Source of the DNA: Crocosphaera subtropica ATCC 51142
GTDB lineage: Bacteria; Cyanobacteriota; Cyanobacteriia; Cyanobacteriales; Microcystaceae
Direction: 5' to 3'
Length of the DNA stretch: 32,000 nucleotides
Assembly (NCBI RefSeq): GCF_000017845.1
Contig: NC_010547.1
Location: 60,001 to 92,000, forward strand
Below, in pieces: positions 17,738-26,957 of the stretch (positions are counted from its first letter, which is position 1; the number at the start of each line of letters is the position of its first letter). The translations under genes and the position numbers were made by a program. The notes under the pieces are model-generated. The model was not told the DNA's origin, did not search any database, and saw nothing but the letters and a program-made list of their open reading frames with translations.

Positions 17738-17756
17738 AGAACAATAATCATTATCA
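17738..17756. promoter_or_regulatory. Zur-type operator (variant) between the divergent TatD-like and QueD-like genes
   Basis: agaaCAATAATCATTATCA matches 13 of 15 positions of TGATAATCATTATCA and shares the GAGAA-AATAATCATT extension with the boxes at 19999, 23555 and 26958. Confidence 0.6.
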
Positions 17757-17873
17757 TTGTACATATTTTGTCAAAAAAGATCCCCAATGGATTGTATTAT
17801 GCGGTAATTGCGGAAATAAGGTTCTAAAAGATAAATGATGTTGTTTAATATTCTATCTCCATAGTTACAAGTG

Positions 17874-18236
17874 ATGAAGCAGTCCCTAATCTTCGATTAT
17901 CAAATCCGTGCTATCTTACGTCGCAAGCATCATAATCCTCCAATCTGGATAGAGAACCATTGGCATGATTTTCAAGTTACGTTACATCTTCGCGCTCAAC
18001 GTAATCCATCTGATATGTATGGATTAGATATGGTCGAGATGGAACAGCGACTACAGGAATGGGGAGAGCGTTTACCGATAATTGTAAACGATTGTCCTCT
18101 ATGTCCTGGAGGAACGACTGAGGAACTCTGTTGCTATTTTGCTTCTATTCCTTTAGAGAGTCATGTGACGTTAATTGGAGTTTCTGTCGCTGAAAATGCA
18201 GAACGACTCACTTATCTATCCATTAGTGAGACATAA
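17874..18236 (+). CDS. 6-pyruvoyl-tetrahydropterin synthase/QueD-fold protein with a degenerate metal site (tentative)
   Basis: By-eye alignment to E. coli QueD: NHWHDFQVTLHL vs LHGHSFMVRLEI; YGLDMVEMEQRL vs GWIIDFAELKAA; TTEELCCYF vs TSEVLAKWI. The first His ligand (AAHRL) reads AILRR here. Confidence 0.4.
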   Translation: MKQSLIFDYQIRAILRRKHHNPPIWIENHWHDFQVTLHLRAQRNPSDMYGLDMVEMEQRLQEWGERLPIIVNDCPLCPGGTTEELCCYFASIPLESHVTLIGVSVAENAERLTYLSISET

Positions 18237-18289
18237 AAAGCTGAGTCGTAAATTTCTCTGCGAACAAAAAATATTGCTCAAAACAATTG

Positions 18290-19273
18290 CTACTCTTTGG
18301 CGTTTCTTTTTGTCCAAATCCCCAAAAGACTAACTGTGATAATGCCAAATAAAACCCCTGGTTCAGGAACAGATGTAGGTGAACTGACAAAGCCAAAGAA
18401 AATGACTCCCGGATTCGTTCCTACCAAGTCCCAAGTGCCATCGGTGAGATTATAGCGAGCAATTCCACCCAATCGCTCAGAAGGGGTATCAGGATCATTA
18501 TCCGAGTCAATAAAATTAACATTGCCGAATAAAGTATCAAAAGACCCATCTTGATTCGTATCTACCCCAGTCAGTGCAGCAAATCCACTGTAGATAGAGC
18601 GATCGCCAGAAGTCACCGCTCCTACCGAACCGACAACCCCTGCCTCTCCCGTATCAGGATTAAAGTGAATTAAGCTATCAGTATCGAGATCCACGCCGTA
18701 AAGTTGATTTTCAACCGAACCAAGGCTAATAATAAAAGGCTCTGCTGTTCCTAGTGTTGAACCTCGTGCTTCATCGATCGCATCTCCAACCTCTGTCGTA
18801 CTTCCTTTAGGAATTGTCATCCCCGTAGTCAAGTCAAGGGCATTAATTTGCTGAGTGTTGAAGTTGCTATCAAAAGGGATAAGAAATCCACGCTGGTCGT
18901 CGAGAATGTCAAAACCGGTGCTAGTGAGTCCATTTGCACTACCAATCGGGGTTAAATTGGCTGTTAGCGGATCGATTTCTACCAATTGTCCTCCCGACGC
19001 AAAACCAAGTAACCGTTGATTCAGCGTTCCGGCAAGGGCTGAAGGAAGACCGGTTGTTTCAGGGGATACCGGGGTAGCGATCCCTGTATTAGAGTCAATG
19101 GCATAGATAAAGTTTTCCCGAATATCATCATGCTCACCAGGTACCGCAGGAATGAAACGCTGTCCTGAAGCATAAATTGTGACAGCTTGAGCTTGACCGA
19201 CCGACAAAAGTAATCCTATCGCCATGAGGACACACTCACTGGCTGTCCGTTTGCTAAAAATCTGATTGATCAC
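18290..19273 (-). CDS. Secreted repeat-rich (beta-propeller-like) protein with PEP-CTERM anchor
   Basis: Signal peptide ...GQAQA. C-terminus VPEPGVLFGIITVSLLGIWTKRNAKE. Confidence 0.75.
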   Translation of the reverse strand: MINQIFSKRTASECVLMAIGLLLSVGQAQAVTIYASGQRFIPAVPGEHDDIRENFIYAIDSNTGIATPVSPETTGLPSALAGTLNQRLLGFASGGQLVEIDPLTANLTPIGSANGLTSTGFDILDDQRGFLIPFDSNFNTQQINALDLTTGMTIPKGSTTEVGDAIDEARGSTLGTAEPFIISLGSVENQLYGVDLDTDSLIHFNPDTGEAGVVGSVGAVTSGDRSIYSGFAALTGVDTNQDGSFDTLFGNVNFIDSDNDPDTPSERLGGIARYNLTDGTWDLVGTNPGVIFFGFVSSPTSVPEPGVLFGIITVSLLGIWTKRNAKE

Positions 19274-19276
19274 TGT

Positions 19277-19975
19277 TTAACCTCTTCTAATCAAACCTTT
19301 ACATTTTCCGAGTCCCATCAGTGAAACCAATCCTAGTCCTACAAGGGTTGTCGGTTCAGGGACTTGACTGGCAATCATTCGTTGTCCGAATTCATCCCCT
19401 GCTGTTGGGTCATCTAATAATTCGGCAGTGGTTCGGGTGAAAAATGCCACATCTAAATGACTACCAAAACCAATTTCTAAATCGGGAAAATCATTGCCCC
19501 GGTCGGTTAAATGAACGTGAGGAATCGCAACACCGTCTGACCCGATGGGTGCGGCTGACCAAAAATTCAACCCATTAGCCAATCCATTAGCTTCGTCAAT
19601 TAACACATACTCCCCAATATCAATCCCATTGGGTTCGTCAAAAGAACCATCCTGTAAAATTGTTCTCGTTGTTGTGTCGAAATTGAAATTAAAGTCGGGA
19701 TAGGTCAAATGATTATCGATAAATTCTTTGATGAGATTGCCCTCTGGGTCAAAAAAGGCAATGTCAAAGGATTCAAGGTCATTTTTTCTAACAATGCCAT
19801 TGTCATAATCTTTGGTTTCATCATAGCTAAATGAACCCTCAGCCCGATAACCAAGGATTTGCCCAGTCCATGACAGTTGGAAGGTGACAGCTTGGGCTGG
19901 ATTTTCAGCCCAGAAAACTAGACTTGTCACCACTCCAAAGACTGATACCTTAATACTTTGCCGACAATCGAACAT
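19277..19975 (-). CDS. Secreted PEP-CTERM protein
   Basis: Signal peptide ...NPAQA. C-terminus VPEPTTLVGLGLVSLMGLGKCKGLIRRG. Its stop is 3 nt from the next gene's start. Confidence 0.75.
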   Translation of the reverse strand: MFDCRQSIKVSVFGVVTSLVFWAENPAQAVTFQLSWTGQILGYRAEGSFSYDETKDYDNGIVRKNDLESFDIAFFDPEGNLIKEFIDNHLTYPDFNFNFDTTTRTILQDGSFDEPNGIDIGEYVLIDEANGLANGLNFWSAAPIGSDGVAIPHVHLTDRGNDFPDLEIGFGSHLDVAFFTRTTAELLDDPTAGDEFGQRMIASQVPEPTTLVGLGLVSLMGLGKCKGLIRRG

Positions 19976-19998
19976 CTTGTCTTCTCCTAAACAAAATG

Positions 19999-20015
19999 AG
20001 AATAATAATCATTCT
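19999..20015. promoter_or_regulatory. Zur-type operator, AGAAT-variant, upstream of the PEP-CTERM gene pair
   Basis: AGAATAATAATCATTCT lies within a 26-nt block (19995-20020) that is identical in reverse complement to 26956-26981. Confidence 0.6.
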
Positions 20016-20096
20016 TATTTTAGGCATGAAAATTATGGTTGTTTGAACTATTATTGTTAAAAAAAACTAAAGCTTTAATCGTTGGACGAGGAACGG

Positions 20097-21545
20097 CTAT
20101 GAGCTATGAACAATGCTCGTTTCTCCATTAGGGTGATCGATTAGAGTAATTCCCTTTTCTTGTAATTGTTCCCTAAGGCGATCGCTTTGGGCATAATCTT
20201 TGACTTTTCTGGCTTCATTACGTTGTTGAATCAATTTAGTAATTTCTGCCTCATCGAAGTTCTGGTTATCTTCTAAATTGGCTTCAGATTTAGCTTCTAA
20301 TCCTAAAATTCCTGCTAAATGAACTAAAGTTTGCCATTGTCGTTGTAAATTATCTGAATCAGTAGGGTTTTTACCTTCATGGGTTAACAGATTTCCTTCA
20401 CGACGGAGATTTTTAGCGAGTTCAAACAAAACCGCTAATCCCCCAGGAGAGTTAAAATCATCGTCCATTGCTGCTTTAAATTGTTCTATAACAGCAGAGT
20501 CAAGTTCTTGGTTTTTCTGCCAACCTAATCTATCCTCATACTTTTCCCCAAAGCGTAAACCTTGCTGTAAAGTCTGCCAACCATTAGTTGCCGAACTAAT
20601 TGCCTCTTCAGTAAAATCTAAAGGCTTTCGGTAATGTGCCTGTAAAACAAACAATCTAATTACCATTGGATCGAGGGGACGATTTAATAACTCGCGAATG
20701 GTCGTAAAGTTGCCCAAAGACTTAGACATTTTTTCCCCATTCACCGTTACCATGCCGTTATGCAGCCAGTATTTAGCCAGAGGTTTACCATTAGCAGCTT
20801 CTGACTGAGCAATTTCATTTTCATGATGGGGAAATACCAAATCCCCTCCACCACCATGAATATCGATGGTTTCTCCTAATAATGCCCTCACCATAGCAGA
20901 ACACTCAATATGCCAGCCAGGACGACCCTCACCCCAAGGAGAATGCCAAGCCGGTTCTTCTGGTTTCGCACTTTTCCAGAGAGCAAAATCTGAAGGATGT
21001 TTTTTCTTAGTTTTTTCTAAGTCGTTAACGGCTACTCTACCACTAGCCCCCGCTTGCATCATTGACTGGCTACGTCCAGAGAGTTTGCCATATTCTCCAA
21101 AAGCTTCCACATGAAAGTAAACGTCTCCATCCACGGCATAAGCATAGTTTTTATCGAGCAATACCTGAATTAATTGCTGAATTCCAGAAATATTATCGGT
21201 AACGCGGGGATATTGATCGGCATCCATAACATTTAAGGGACGAATATCTGTAAAATAAGCTTCGATAAAACGTTGGGAAATATCGGCCATCGATACCCCT
21301 TCCTGTTGGGCGCGACGGAGAATCTTATCATCGATATCTGTAAAGTTCTGCACGTAGGTTACTTCATATCCCCACCATTGCAGATAGCGACGTACCATAT
21401 CCCAGATAATATAGGAACGGGCATGACCTAAATGGCAATAATCGTAGACGGTCACGCCACAGCAATACATAGTTACTCTACCTGGGAGAAGCGTTACAAA
21501 GGGTTCGAGGCGACGGGTTTGGCTATTGTAAATTTTTAAAGTCAT
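20097..21545 (-). CDS. cysS: Cysteine--tRNA ligase
   Basis: HIGH motif CHLGHARS and KMSKS are present. Zn-ligand positions are conserved (MYCCGVT, GWHIECS, FPHHENE). The likely start is MTLKIYN (21545); the ORF is open to 21557. Confidence 0.92.
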   Translation of the reverse strand: MTLKIYNSQTRRLEPFVTLLPGRVTMYCCGVTVYDYCHLGHARSYIIWDMVRRYLQWWGYEVTYVQNFTDIDDKILRRAQQEGVSMADISQRFIEAYFTDIRPLNVMDADQYPRVTDNISGIQQLIQVLLDKNYAYAVDGDVYFHVEAFGEYGKLSGRSQSMMQAGASGRVAVNDLEKTKKKHPSDFALWKSAKPEEPAWHSPWGEGRPGWHIECSAMVRALLGETIDIHGGGGDLVFPHHENEIAQSEAANGKPLAKYWLHNGMVTVNGEKMSKSLGNFTTIRELLNRPLDPMVIRLFVLQAHYRKPLDFTEEAISSATNGWQTLQQGLRFGEKYEDRLGWQKNQELDSAVIEQFKAAMDDDFNSPGGLAVLFELAKNLRREGNLLTHEGKNPTDSDNLQRQWQTLVHLAGILGLEAKSEANLEDNQNFDEAEITKLIQQRNEARKVKDYAQSDRLREQLQEKGITLIDHPNGETSIVHSS

Positions 21546-21548
21546 TTC

Positions 21549-21576
21549 ATTTATCATTTATCATTTAGCATTTACC
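21549..21576. repeat. Four tandem heptamers ATTTANC (minus strand GNTAAAT) immediately upstream of the cysS start
   Basis: atttatc atttatc atttagc atttacc. Confidence 0.8.
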
Positions 21577-21594
21577 ATTAATGTTCAATGAGGT

Positions 21595-22635
21595 TCACCA
21601 GGGTAAATTAAGCAGACTAAATTTATTGGGTAAAATCAAACCAGCCAAACAATCATTAAGCTGTTGTTTAATTAGAGACTCATCCAAATTACGCCCAATG
21701 AATACTAGTTCATTCTTTGGTTGACTCGTCCAATCATCTGCTTGCAGATCGTAGCGAGGTCCACTCAGTTGAAAAATATGGCGAGAGGGACTTTCTTGAA
21801 ACCAGAGTATCCCCTTGGCACGAAATACACTATTAGGCATTTGTTCAGATAAAAAGTGTTCAAATTTTTCAAGTTCAAAAGGGCGATCGCTGTCAAAAGA
21901 AAAGAAATTAAAGCCATCGGTTTCTAAATGATTGGTAAAAGCAGATTTGTTACGTCGAAATTCAGAAATTTCAGTTTGATAATTATCTGATTGAGTCAAA
22001 CCAATATCTAAAATTAACGGTAAAGGGACTTGTCCATATTCACTCTCTAAAATTCTAACGCCTGGTTTAGTCTCTTCAATAAATGCTTTTAATTCACTAA
22101 TTTTATCTTTAGGGGCTAAGTCAATTTTATTTAAAATAACCATGTCACCGTATCTAATTTGGCTTAAAGCAGCATCGCTATCAAAATGTTCAGCATCAAA
22201 AGCTTCTGCATCCACAACGGTAATAATAGAATCAAGACGAGTTAAAAATTTTAATTCTGTTCCTAAAAAAGTCAAGATAATCCGTAAGGGATCTGCTAAT
22301 CCTGTTGTTTCAACAACTAAATAATCTACTTTTTCTTCTCTTGCTAAAATTCGATAAACAGCATTAATTAAACCATCATTAATGGTGCAACAAATACAAC
22401 CATTATCTAATTCTATCATATCTGAATCGACTGAAATTAAAAGTTTCTCATCAATATTAATGTCGCCAAACTCGTTGACTAACACTGCTATTTTCAAATC
22501 ATCTTTATTTTGTAAAATTTGATTGAGTAAAGTGGTTTTGCCACTCCCTAAGAAACCAGTAATTATGGTGACTGGCATTCCACTTTTAGGTAAGGATGGC
22601 ATCGCATCGGACAGGTTGAAGTTTAGACGAGTCAT
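21595..22635 (-). CDS. COG0523 G3E GTPase, putative zinc metallochaperone, paralog 3 (near-duplicate of paralog 2)
   Basis: GFLGSGKTT, GCICCT and FRAKGILWF. Same length (346 aa) as 12523-13563. Confidence 0.9.
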   Translation of the reverse strand: MTRLNFNLSDAMPSLPKSGMPVTIITGFLGSGKTTLLNQILQNKDDLKIAVLVNEFGDINIDEKLLISVDSDMIELDNGCICCTINDGLINAVYRILAREEKVDYLVVETTGLADPLRIILTFLGTELKFLTRLDSIITVVDAEAFDAEHFDSDAALSQIRYGDMVILNKIDLAPKDKISELKAFIEETKPGVRILESEYGQVPLPLILDIGLTQSDNYQTEISEFRRNKSAFTNHLETDGFNFFSFDSDRPFELEKFEHFLSEQMPNSVFRAKGILWFQESPSRHIFQLSGPRYDLQADDWTSQPKNELVFIGRNLDESLIKQQLNDCLAGLILPNKFSLLNLPW

Positions 22636-22708
22636 AGTATTGAGTTAATTCGTCCTATTAATAAGGTTTTAGCTGATCAAGGATATCGAGGGAAGCGACC
22701 CCAACAGA

Positions 22709-23476
22709 TTAGGCTTGCTTTTTGAGTTTAGTCGCAAATCCTAACCCACAAATGGCGAGAAGACCAAGAATAGTTCCAGGTTCTGGTACGGAGTTGATGT
22801 TGATCGAAAGGTCGTCAATAAAAAAGGAACTAGATGGACCTGGCGAGTTAAATGTTGTGTTATCGAAAATGTGAAAAATCTCAACTTGTACTAGCTCCGT
22901 AGCAGGATTATCAAAAGCTTCGGAACCGATGAAGGTGCCGTCTACGAAAGCATTCGAGGTTTGTGTTTGGAAATCCAGAACCAACTTAAGGTCAATCCAC
23001 CTGTCGGTCTCAATAGCCGCCACTTCGCCCCCAAATTCTACGCGATTACCATCGCGGACGGCGAGTTGTGAAACGAAACCATTCTCACCAATCAAGGCCA
23101 TGGGTGAAAGGAATGTGGAAGGGGAAGTCCATCCGTCCGTTCCGTCGAGATAAATGGAGTGCTTCACTGACACCATCGGAGCGGATGTCGAATAAGGCCC
23201 GACTCGAAATGTCAGGCCAAAGGGGTTTTCACCTACAGCTTGACGTACCTCCAGCGATTGGGAACCCGTGCGTGCGAACCCCGACGTGACTACAGGATCA
23301 ATATCAAAACTGTTAAGCCAACCTTCTTGACCGCTGAGCGCACCCACTGAGTAGTCTGGTGCTTCATAGCTCGTCGAATAGAGGACACCAGCGTATGCCT
23401 CAGCATCAAAGCAAACTGCAGAGGTCATTCCGCAAAACAGCGGAACTATGAACATTCGGGCAGTTCTAATTTCCAT
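22709..23476 (-). CDS. Secreted PEP-CTERM protein (possible lectin/LamG-like beta-sandwich)
   Basis: N-terminal signal. C-terminus VPEPGTILGLLAICGLGFATKLKKQA. Confidence 0.7.
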   Translation of the reverse strand: MEIRTARMFIVPLFCGMTSAVCFDAEAYAGVLYSTSYEAPDYSVGALSGQEGWLNSFDIDPVVTSGFARTGSQSLEVRQAVGENPFGLTFRVGPYSTSAPMVSVKHSIYLDGTDGWTSPSTFLSPMALIGENGFVSQLAVRDGNRVEFGGEVAAIETDRWIDLKLVLDFQTQTSNAFVDGTFIGSEAFDNPATELVQVEIFHIFDNTTFNSPGPSSSFFIDDLSININSVPEPGTILGLLAICGLGFATKLKKQA

Positions 23477-23554
23477 GATTCATTCTCCCGTAACTAGGGG
23501 GTAAATGTTTCTGAAACTTGTTTGCATATTGTGTGCAATCATACCATTATTGTA

Positions 23555-23571
23555 AGAATGATTATTATTCT
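23555..23571. promoter_or_regulatory. Zur-type operator, AGAAT-variant, upstream of the PEP-CTERM/COG0523/cysS unit
   Basis: AGAATGATTATTATTCT, the same 17-mer as at 26958-26974. Confidence 0.6.
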
Positions 23572-23607
23572 CACAGTAAACATAACATAATAATACTTTG
23601 TATTTAT

Positions 23608-24093
23608 TTACAATTGTGTCGGGTTAGGGGTATCCCCATAAACGGCTTTGGGATCAAATGTTTTCTCGGTTTCAGTAAAAGTCAACTGTAGTGGTTGCTG
23701 GGAATCAATAGCATTTTTTCCCGTAGGAATACGGCGATAAAAACAAGAACGATAACCAACGTGACAACTAGCTCCCGAACCAGCGACTATAACCTGCATC
23801 CAGAGACAATCTTGGTCATCATCAATGGTTAACTGCGCTACTTTTTGCACCAGTCCACTGGATTGACCTTTATGCCATAGTTGCTGACGACTGCGACTGT
23901 AATAGTGAGCTTCTCCGGTTTCAATGGTTTTAACTAACGCCTCTTCGTTCATATAAGCGTGCATCAGCACTTCACCCGTGTTGACATCGGTGGTAACGAC
24001 TGGAATTAAACCATTGCCGTCGAATTTTGGAGCAAGGAACAAACCTTCTTCTACTTGTTCGACTGAAGTTCTGGCAGTAAATAGGGGATTCAT
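23608..24093 (-). CDS. hisI: Phosphoribosyl-AMP cyclohydrolase (monofunctional HisI)
   Basis: GLIPVVTTD...[13 protein letters not shown]...[17 protein letters not shown]...DCL...[10 protein letters not shown]. The Cys/His metal ligands are present. Confidence 0.88.
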   Translation of the reverse strand: MNPLFTARTSVEQVEEGLFLAPKFDGNGLIPVVTTDVNTGEVLMHAYMNEEALVKTIETGEAHYYSRSRQQLWHKGQSSGLVQKVAQLTIDDDQDCLWMQVIVAGSGASCHVGYRSCFYRRIPTGKNAIDSQQPLQLTFTETEKTFDPKAVYGDTPNPTQL

Positions 24094-24114
24094 ATTGGCT
24101 CAATTTTTCAATTT

Positions 24115-24129
24115 TGATAATCATTATCA
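24115..24129. promoter_or_regulatory. Zur-type operator, perfect 7-1-7 palindrome, upstream of hisI
   Basis: TGATAAT-C-ATTATCA, 22 nt upstream of the hisI ATG. Confidence 0.8.
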
Positions 24130-24147
24130 TAGTAAAAGGAATGACCT

Positions 24148-25797
24148 TTAGGTAATTAACAGTCCACCCCAGGCGAGTAATAAAGAAAAAAACATCGCAG
24201 CGATCGCCTGTTTCCCTAACAGCAATAAGGCAAATCGAGAAGATTTTTCCTGCATAATAGTTAACAGAGTAACTAAACAAGGTAGCAATACTCCTGCTAG
24301 ATAAACCCCAGTCAAAACTTGTAAGGGGGTCAACATAGCCAAGGTTTCTGGTTCGGCAAACAGCAGCAATCCGTCTTTGCGAATAGAAGCTAAAACAATA
24401 GGCAATGAGGCTTCAGGGGGTAGATTAAACCATCCCATTAAAGGATTGATAATATTGGCTAAAGTGGCAATCACGCCTAACCAATTCAAGACAGAAGCAA
24501 TAATCGTAATCATTAAAAAGATGGGAATGGCATTGAACAAAAATTGCTGAATCGTTGACTTAGCTTCGCGCCAAATGACCGACCAACGGGGGAATTCTAA
24601 AAAGGCTCTTCCTTCAATTACCAGGGAATTTTGAGTTGATTTGGCTGTCGGGGAAGAAATGATACGAGCATAGATTAAAGTAGTTATGGTTAGGTAAAGT
24701 AAGTAAGGAATTACTAAATAAGTTAACGAAGCCGCACTAAACACCCCTAAAGTGGCGCCAAACTGATAAGAACAAGCCGAACCAAAAGCGATCGCCGAAA
24801 TACAAGTTCCTCTAGAACAACTAGAACAGCCACGAGTGCTAATTACCGCAGGAACATTACAACCAAACCCCATAATGACTCGCACTAAATCCCTTCCCGA
24901 TAACCCGAACGGACGCAGTAAAGGATCGAGAGTAATCGTAATCCGTTCTACCAAACCACTAGCTTTATATGCACCCAAGAATAAAGCATAAAGAACTACT
25001 GTCGGCATTGCCCAAATAAACAACAACGGCCCCATCGTTACCAGTCCATATTGACCGATGAGTATTTCTTTTAACCCAATCGGGAGTTGGGATAACGGTT
25101 CAATCAAAGAAGCGACCGCAGCTTGCATGACGGGGTCTACTAAAGTGGCAAAGGAGTTAGCCCCCCAAACAGCAATTATGGCAGGAATCAGTAATAGGGT
25201 GATCGCTAGTAGCCAGCCCAGTCGCGGATGCTCTAACAGCGTCGGTTGCGGTTGAATGTGCCAACCAGCCCTTTGAGGAATCCATTGTGGGAGAAAAGGA
25301 TGAGGTTCTCGTAGAGCCTCTACAATCAAGTTTTGCTGTTCTGCTGTCAGGTAGCGAGCATCTACTGTGACAATGCTCAGGTTAGAGGTTTGGCTCCACT
25401 CTCGCACCACTTGTTGATTGTGGGTCGTTGAGGATAGCTTATCCCAAAAAGTAATCACCACAATACCCCGTTTATCTGCTACCAAGGGTAATAAATCTGC
25501 TAAATCTCGATCGACGTCAGTAGCTTTGACTACTAATAGTACCGTGTCATTCTCTTGCAACTGTCTCAAAGCTTGCCTAGTGGTTAGGCTGTCGGAACGA
25601 TAAAGAATTCCAGGGGTATCAATAAAACTATAGGCTTCAGATTGATACGTTTCGCAAGCTATGGTAGAGCCACGAAAATTGTCACTATATGCAGATTTAC
25701 CCGTCAGAGAAGCAATTAGTTGTGACTTGCCCGTATTTTCTTTGCCAATGACAACAACACAATCTCGTTCTATTTTTGAGGGTGTAAAGATATTCAT
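24148..25797 (-). CDS. FeoB-family metal transporter, short form (N-terminal small GTPase domain + membrane 'gate' domains)
   Basis: G1 GKENTGKS and G3 DTPG. FeoB membrane signature GFGCNVPAVISTRG followed by CSSCSRGTC. It is ~550 aa versus 773 aa for E. coli FeoB. The ORF is open to 25818 and overlaps the upstream gene. Confidence 0.75.
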   Translation of the reverse strand: MNIFTPSKIERDCVVVIGKENTGKSQLIASLTGKSAYSDNFRGSTIACETYQSEAYSFIDTPGILYRSDSLTTRQALRQLQENDTVLLVVKATDVDRDLADLLPLVADKRGIVVITFWDKLSSTTHNQQVVREWSQTSNLSIVTVDARYLTAEQQNLIVEALREPHPFLPQWIPQRAGWHIQPQPTLLEHPRLGWLLAITLLLIPAIIAVWGANSFATLVDPVMQAAVASLIEPLSQLPIGLKEILIGQYGLVTMGPLLFIWAMPTVVLYALFLGAYKASGLVERITITLDPLLRPFGLSGRDLVRVIMGFGCNVPAVISTRGCSSCSRGTCISAIAFGSACSYQFGATLGVFSAASLTYLVIPYLLYLTITTLIYARIISSPTAKSTQNSLVIEGRAFLEFPRWSVIWREAKSTIQQFLFNAIPIFLMITIIASVLNWLGVIATLANIINPLMGWFNLPPEASLPIVLASIRKDGLLLFAEPETLAMLTPLQVLTGVYLAGVLLPCLVTLLTIMQEKSSRFALLLLGKQAIAAMFFSLLLAWGGLLIT

Positions 25798-25805
25798 TTT
25801 CTTTT

Positions 25806-26927
25806 TTAACAAACACAATCGTTATCGCAGCAAGAAAGGTCATCTAAAAACAACCCTTCTCGACGATAGACTTGCAAGGGAGTCGTATCGATTTCCAGAC
25901 GTTGAGCGATCGCATTAACGACCACAGCAAATCGTTGCCGAAATTTGTAAATAAAGCAAAAAATTAACTCCCCGTGACGGACCGAAGGCCCGACGACAAA
26001 TAATCCTGGCGTTAGGGTAGACTCATCTTCTTGAGTCAGTGCCGCATAGCCATTTGACCAATCAAACATGGGAGCAATCTGTTTTAAACTGCTATCAAAA
26101 CCGGTACAGAGAATTGGCGGTGTTGAACTAAACCACTTTTCATACTTACTTTCTACTACATATCCATTTTTGACGGCCTTAACTTCTTCGATTTGTTTTT
26201 CCCCAATTAGCTCGACTCGACCCAGAGAATAAGCTATTTCGAGACGTCTTAGGCTATAGGGAGATAAAGAAATACTGGGGTCTGGGTCTAAGTTTGCCCA
26301 GCTACTGTTGCGATCTAATAACTTGACTTTTTTCCCTAATGCTGCTAAGTTTGACGCTGCATCGACACCGCTTTCATAGCCCCCAACCACCACAAATTCA
26401 TCTCCTTCAAGCTTGGACCAAGAACGGACTTGAGAATTATGAATACATAAATCCGCACCAGGAAACGGGTTTAAACGAGGATATTGAAATTCTCCTGCTG
26501 CCCAAATGACAAACTGCGCTCGGAACTCACCTCTATTGGTTTGAATAACAAACCCCTTGCATTGACGTAGAACTTCAATTGTTTCTACATCCGTCTCAGT
26601 TTTTACGGGAAGTTGAAAATACTCGGTGATAGTCTCCAAATATAAGGCATACTCCTTCCCCGAAAGATGTTCCTGTCCAAAGGTGAGGGCAGGAGAAGTT
26701 TTTAAAACGACTGAATTGAGATCCAGGAGTCCAAACCCATGACTGGGAAACGACGGCGTAATGAAGCGCATTTCCTCTGGCCAACGGCTAAAAGAAGCAC
26801 CCACTTGATGCCGTTCTAAAATAACAAAGTTTTCAATGCCTAAATCTTTTAAGACCACCCCACAACCAATTCCAGCAGCCCCAGCTCCGACAATGACAAC
26901 GTCATATTGGGGATTCTTGGTATTCAT
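25806..26927 (-). CDS. FAD/NAD(P)-binding oxidoreductase (flavin-monooxygenase / CzcO-like class) with a Cys-rich C-terminal tail
   Basis: Two dinucleotide-binding motifs, VVIVGAGAAG and FVVVGGYESG. The C-terminus is LSCCDNDCVC. Confidence 0.7.
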   Translation of the reverse strand: MNTKNPQYDVVIVGAGAAGIGCGVVLKDLGIENFVILERHQVGASFSRWPEEMRFITPSFPSHGFGLLDLNSVVLKTSPALTFGQEHLSGKEYALYLETITEYFQLPVKTETDVETIEVLRQCKGFVIQTNRGEFRAQFVIWAAGEFQYPRLNPFPGADLCIHNSQVRSWSKLEGDEFVVVGGYESGVDAASNLAALGKKVKLLDRNSSWANLDPDPSISLSPYSLRRLEIAYSLGRVELIGEKQIEEVKAVKNGYVVESKYEKWFSSTPPILCTGFDSSLKQIAPMFDWSNGYAALTQEDESTLTPGLFVVGPSVRHGELIFCFIYKFRQRFAVVVNAIAQRLEIDTTPLQVYRREGLFLDDLSCCDNDCVC

Positions 26928-26957
26928 CGGCAGACAACCTCGAGATACTTTTTTATA

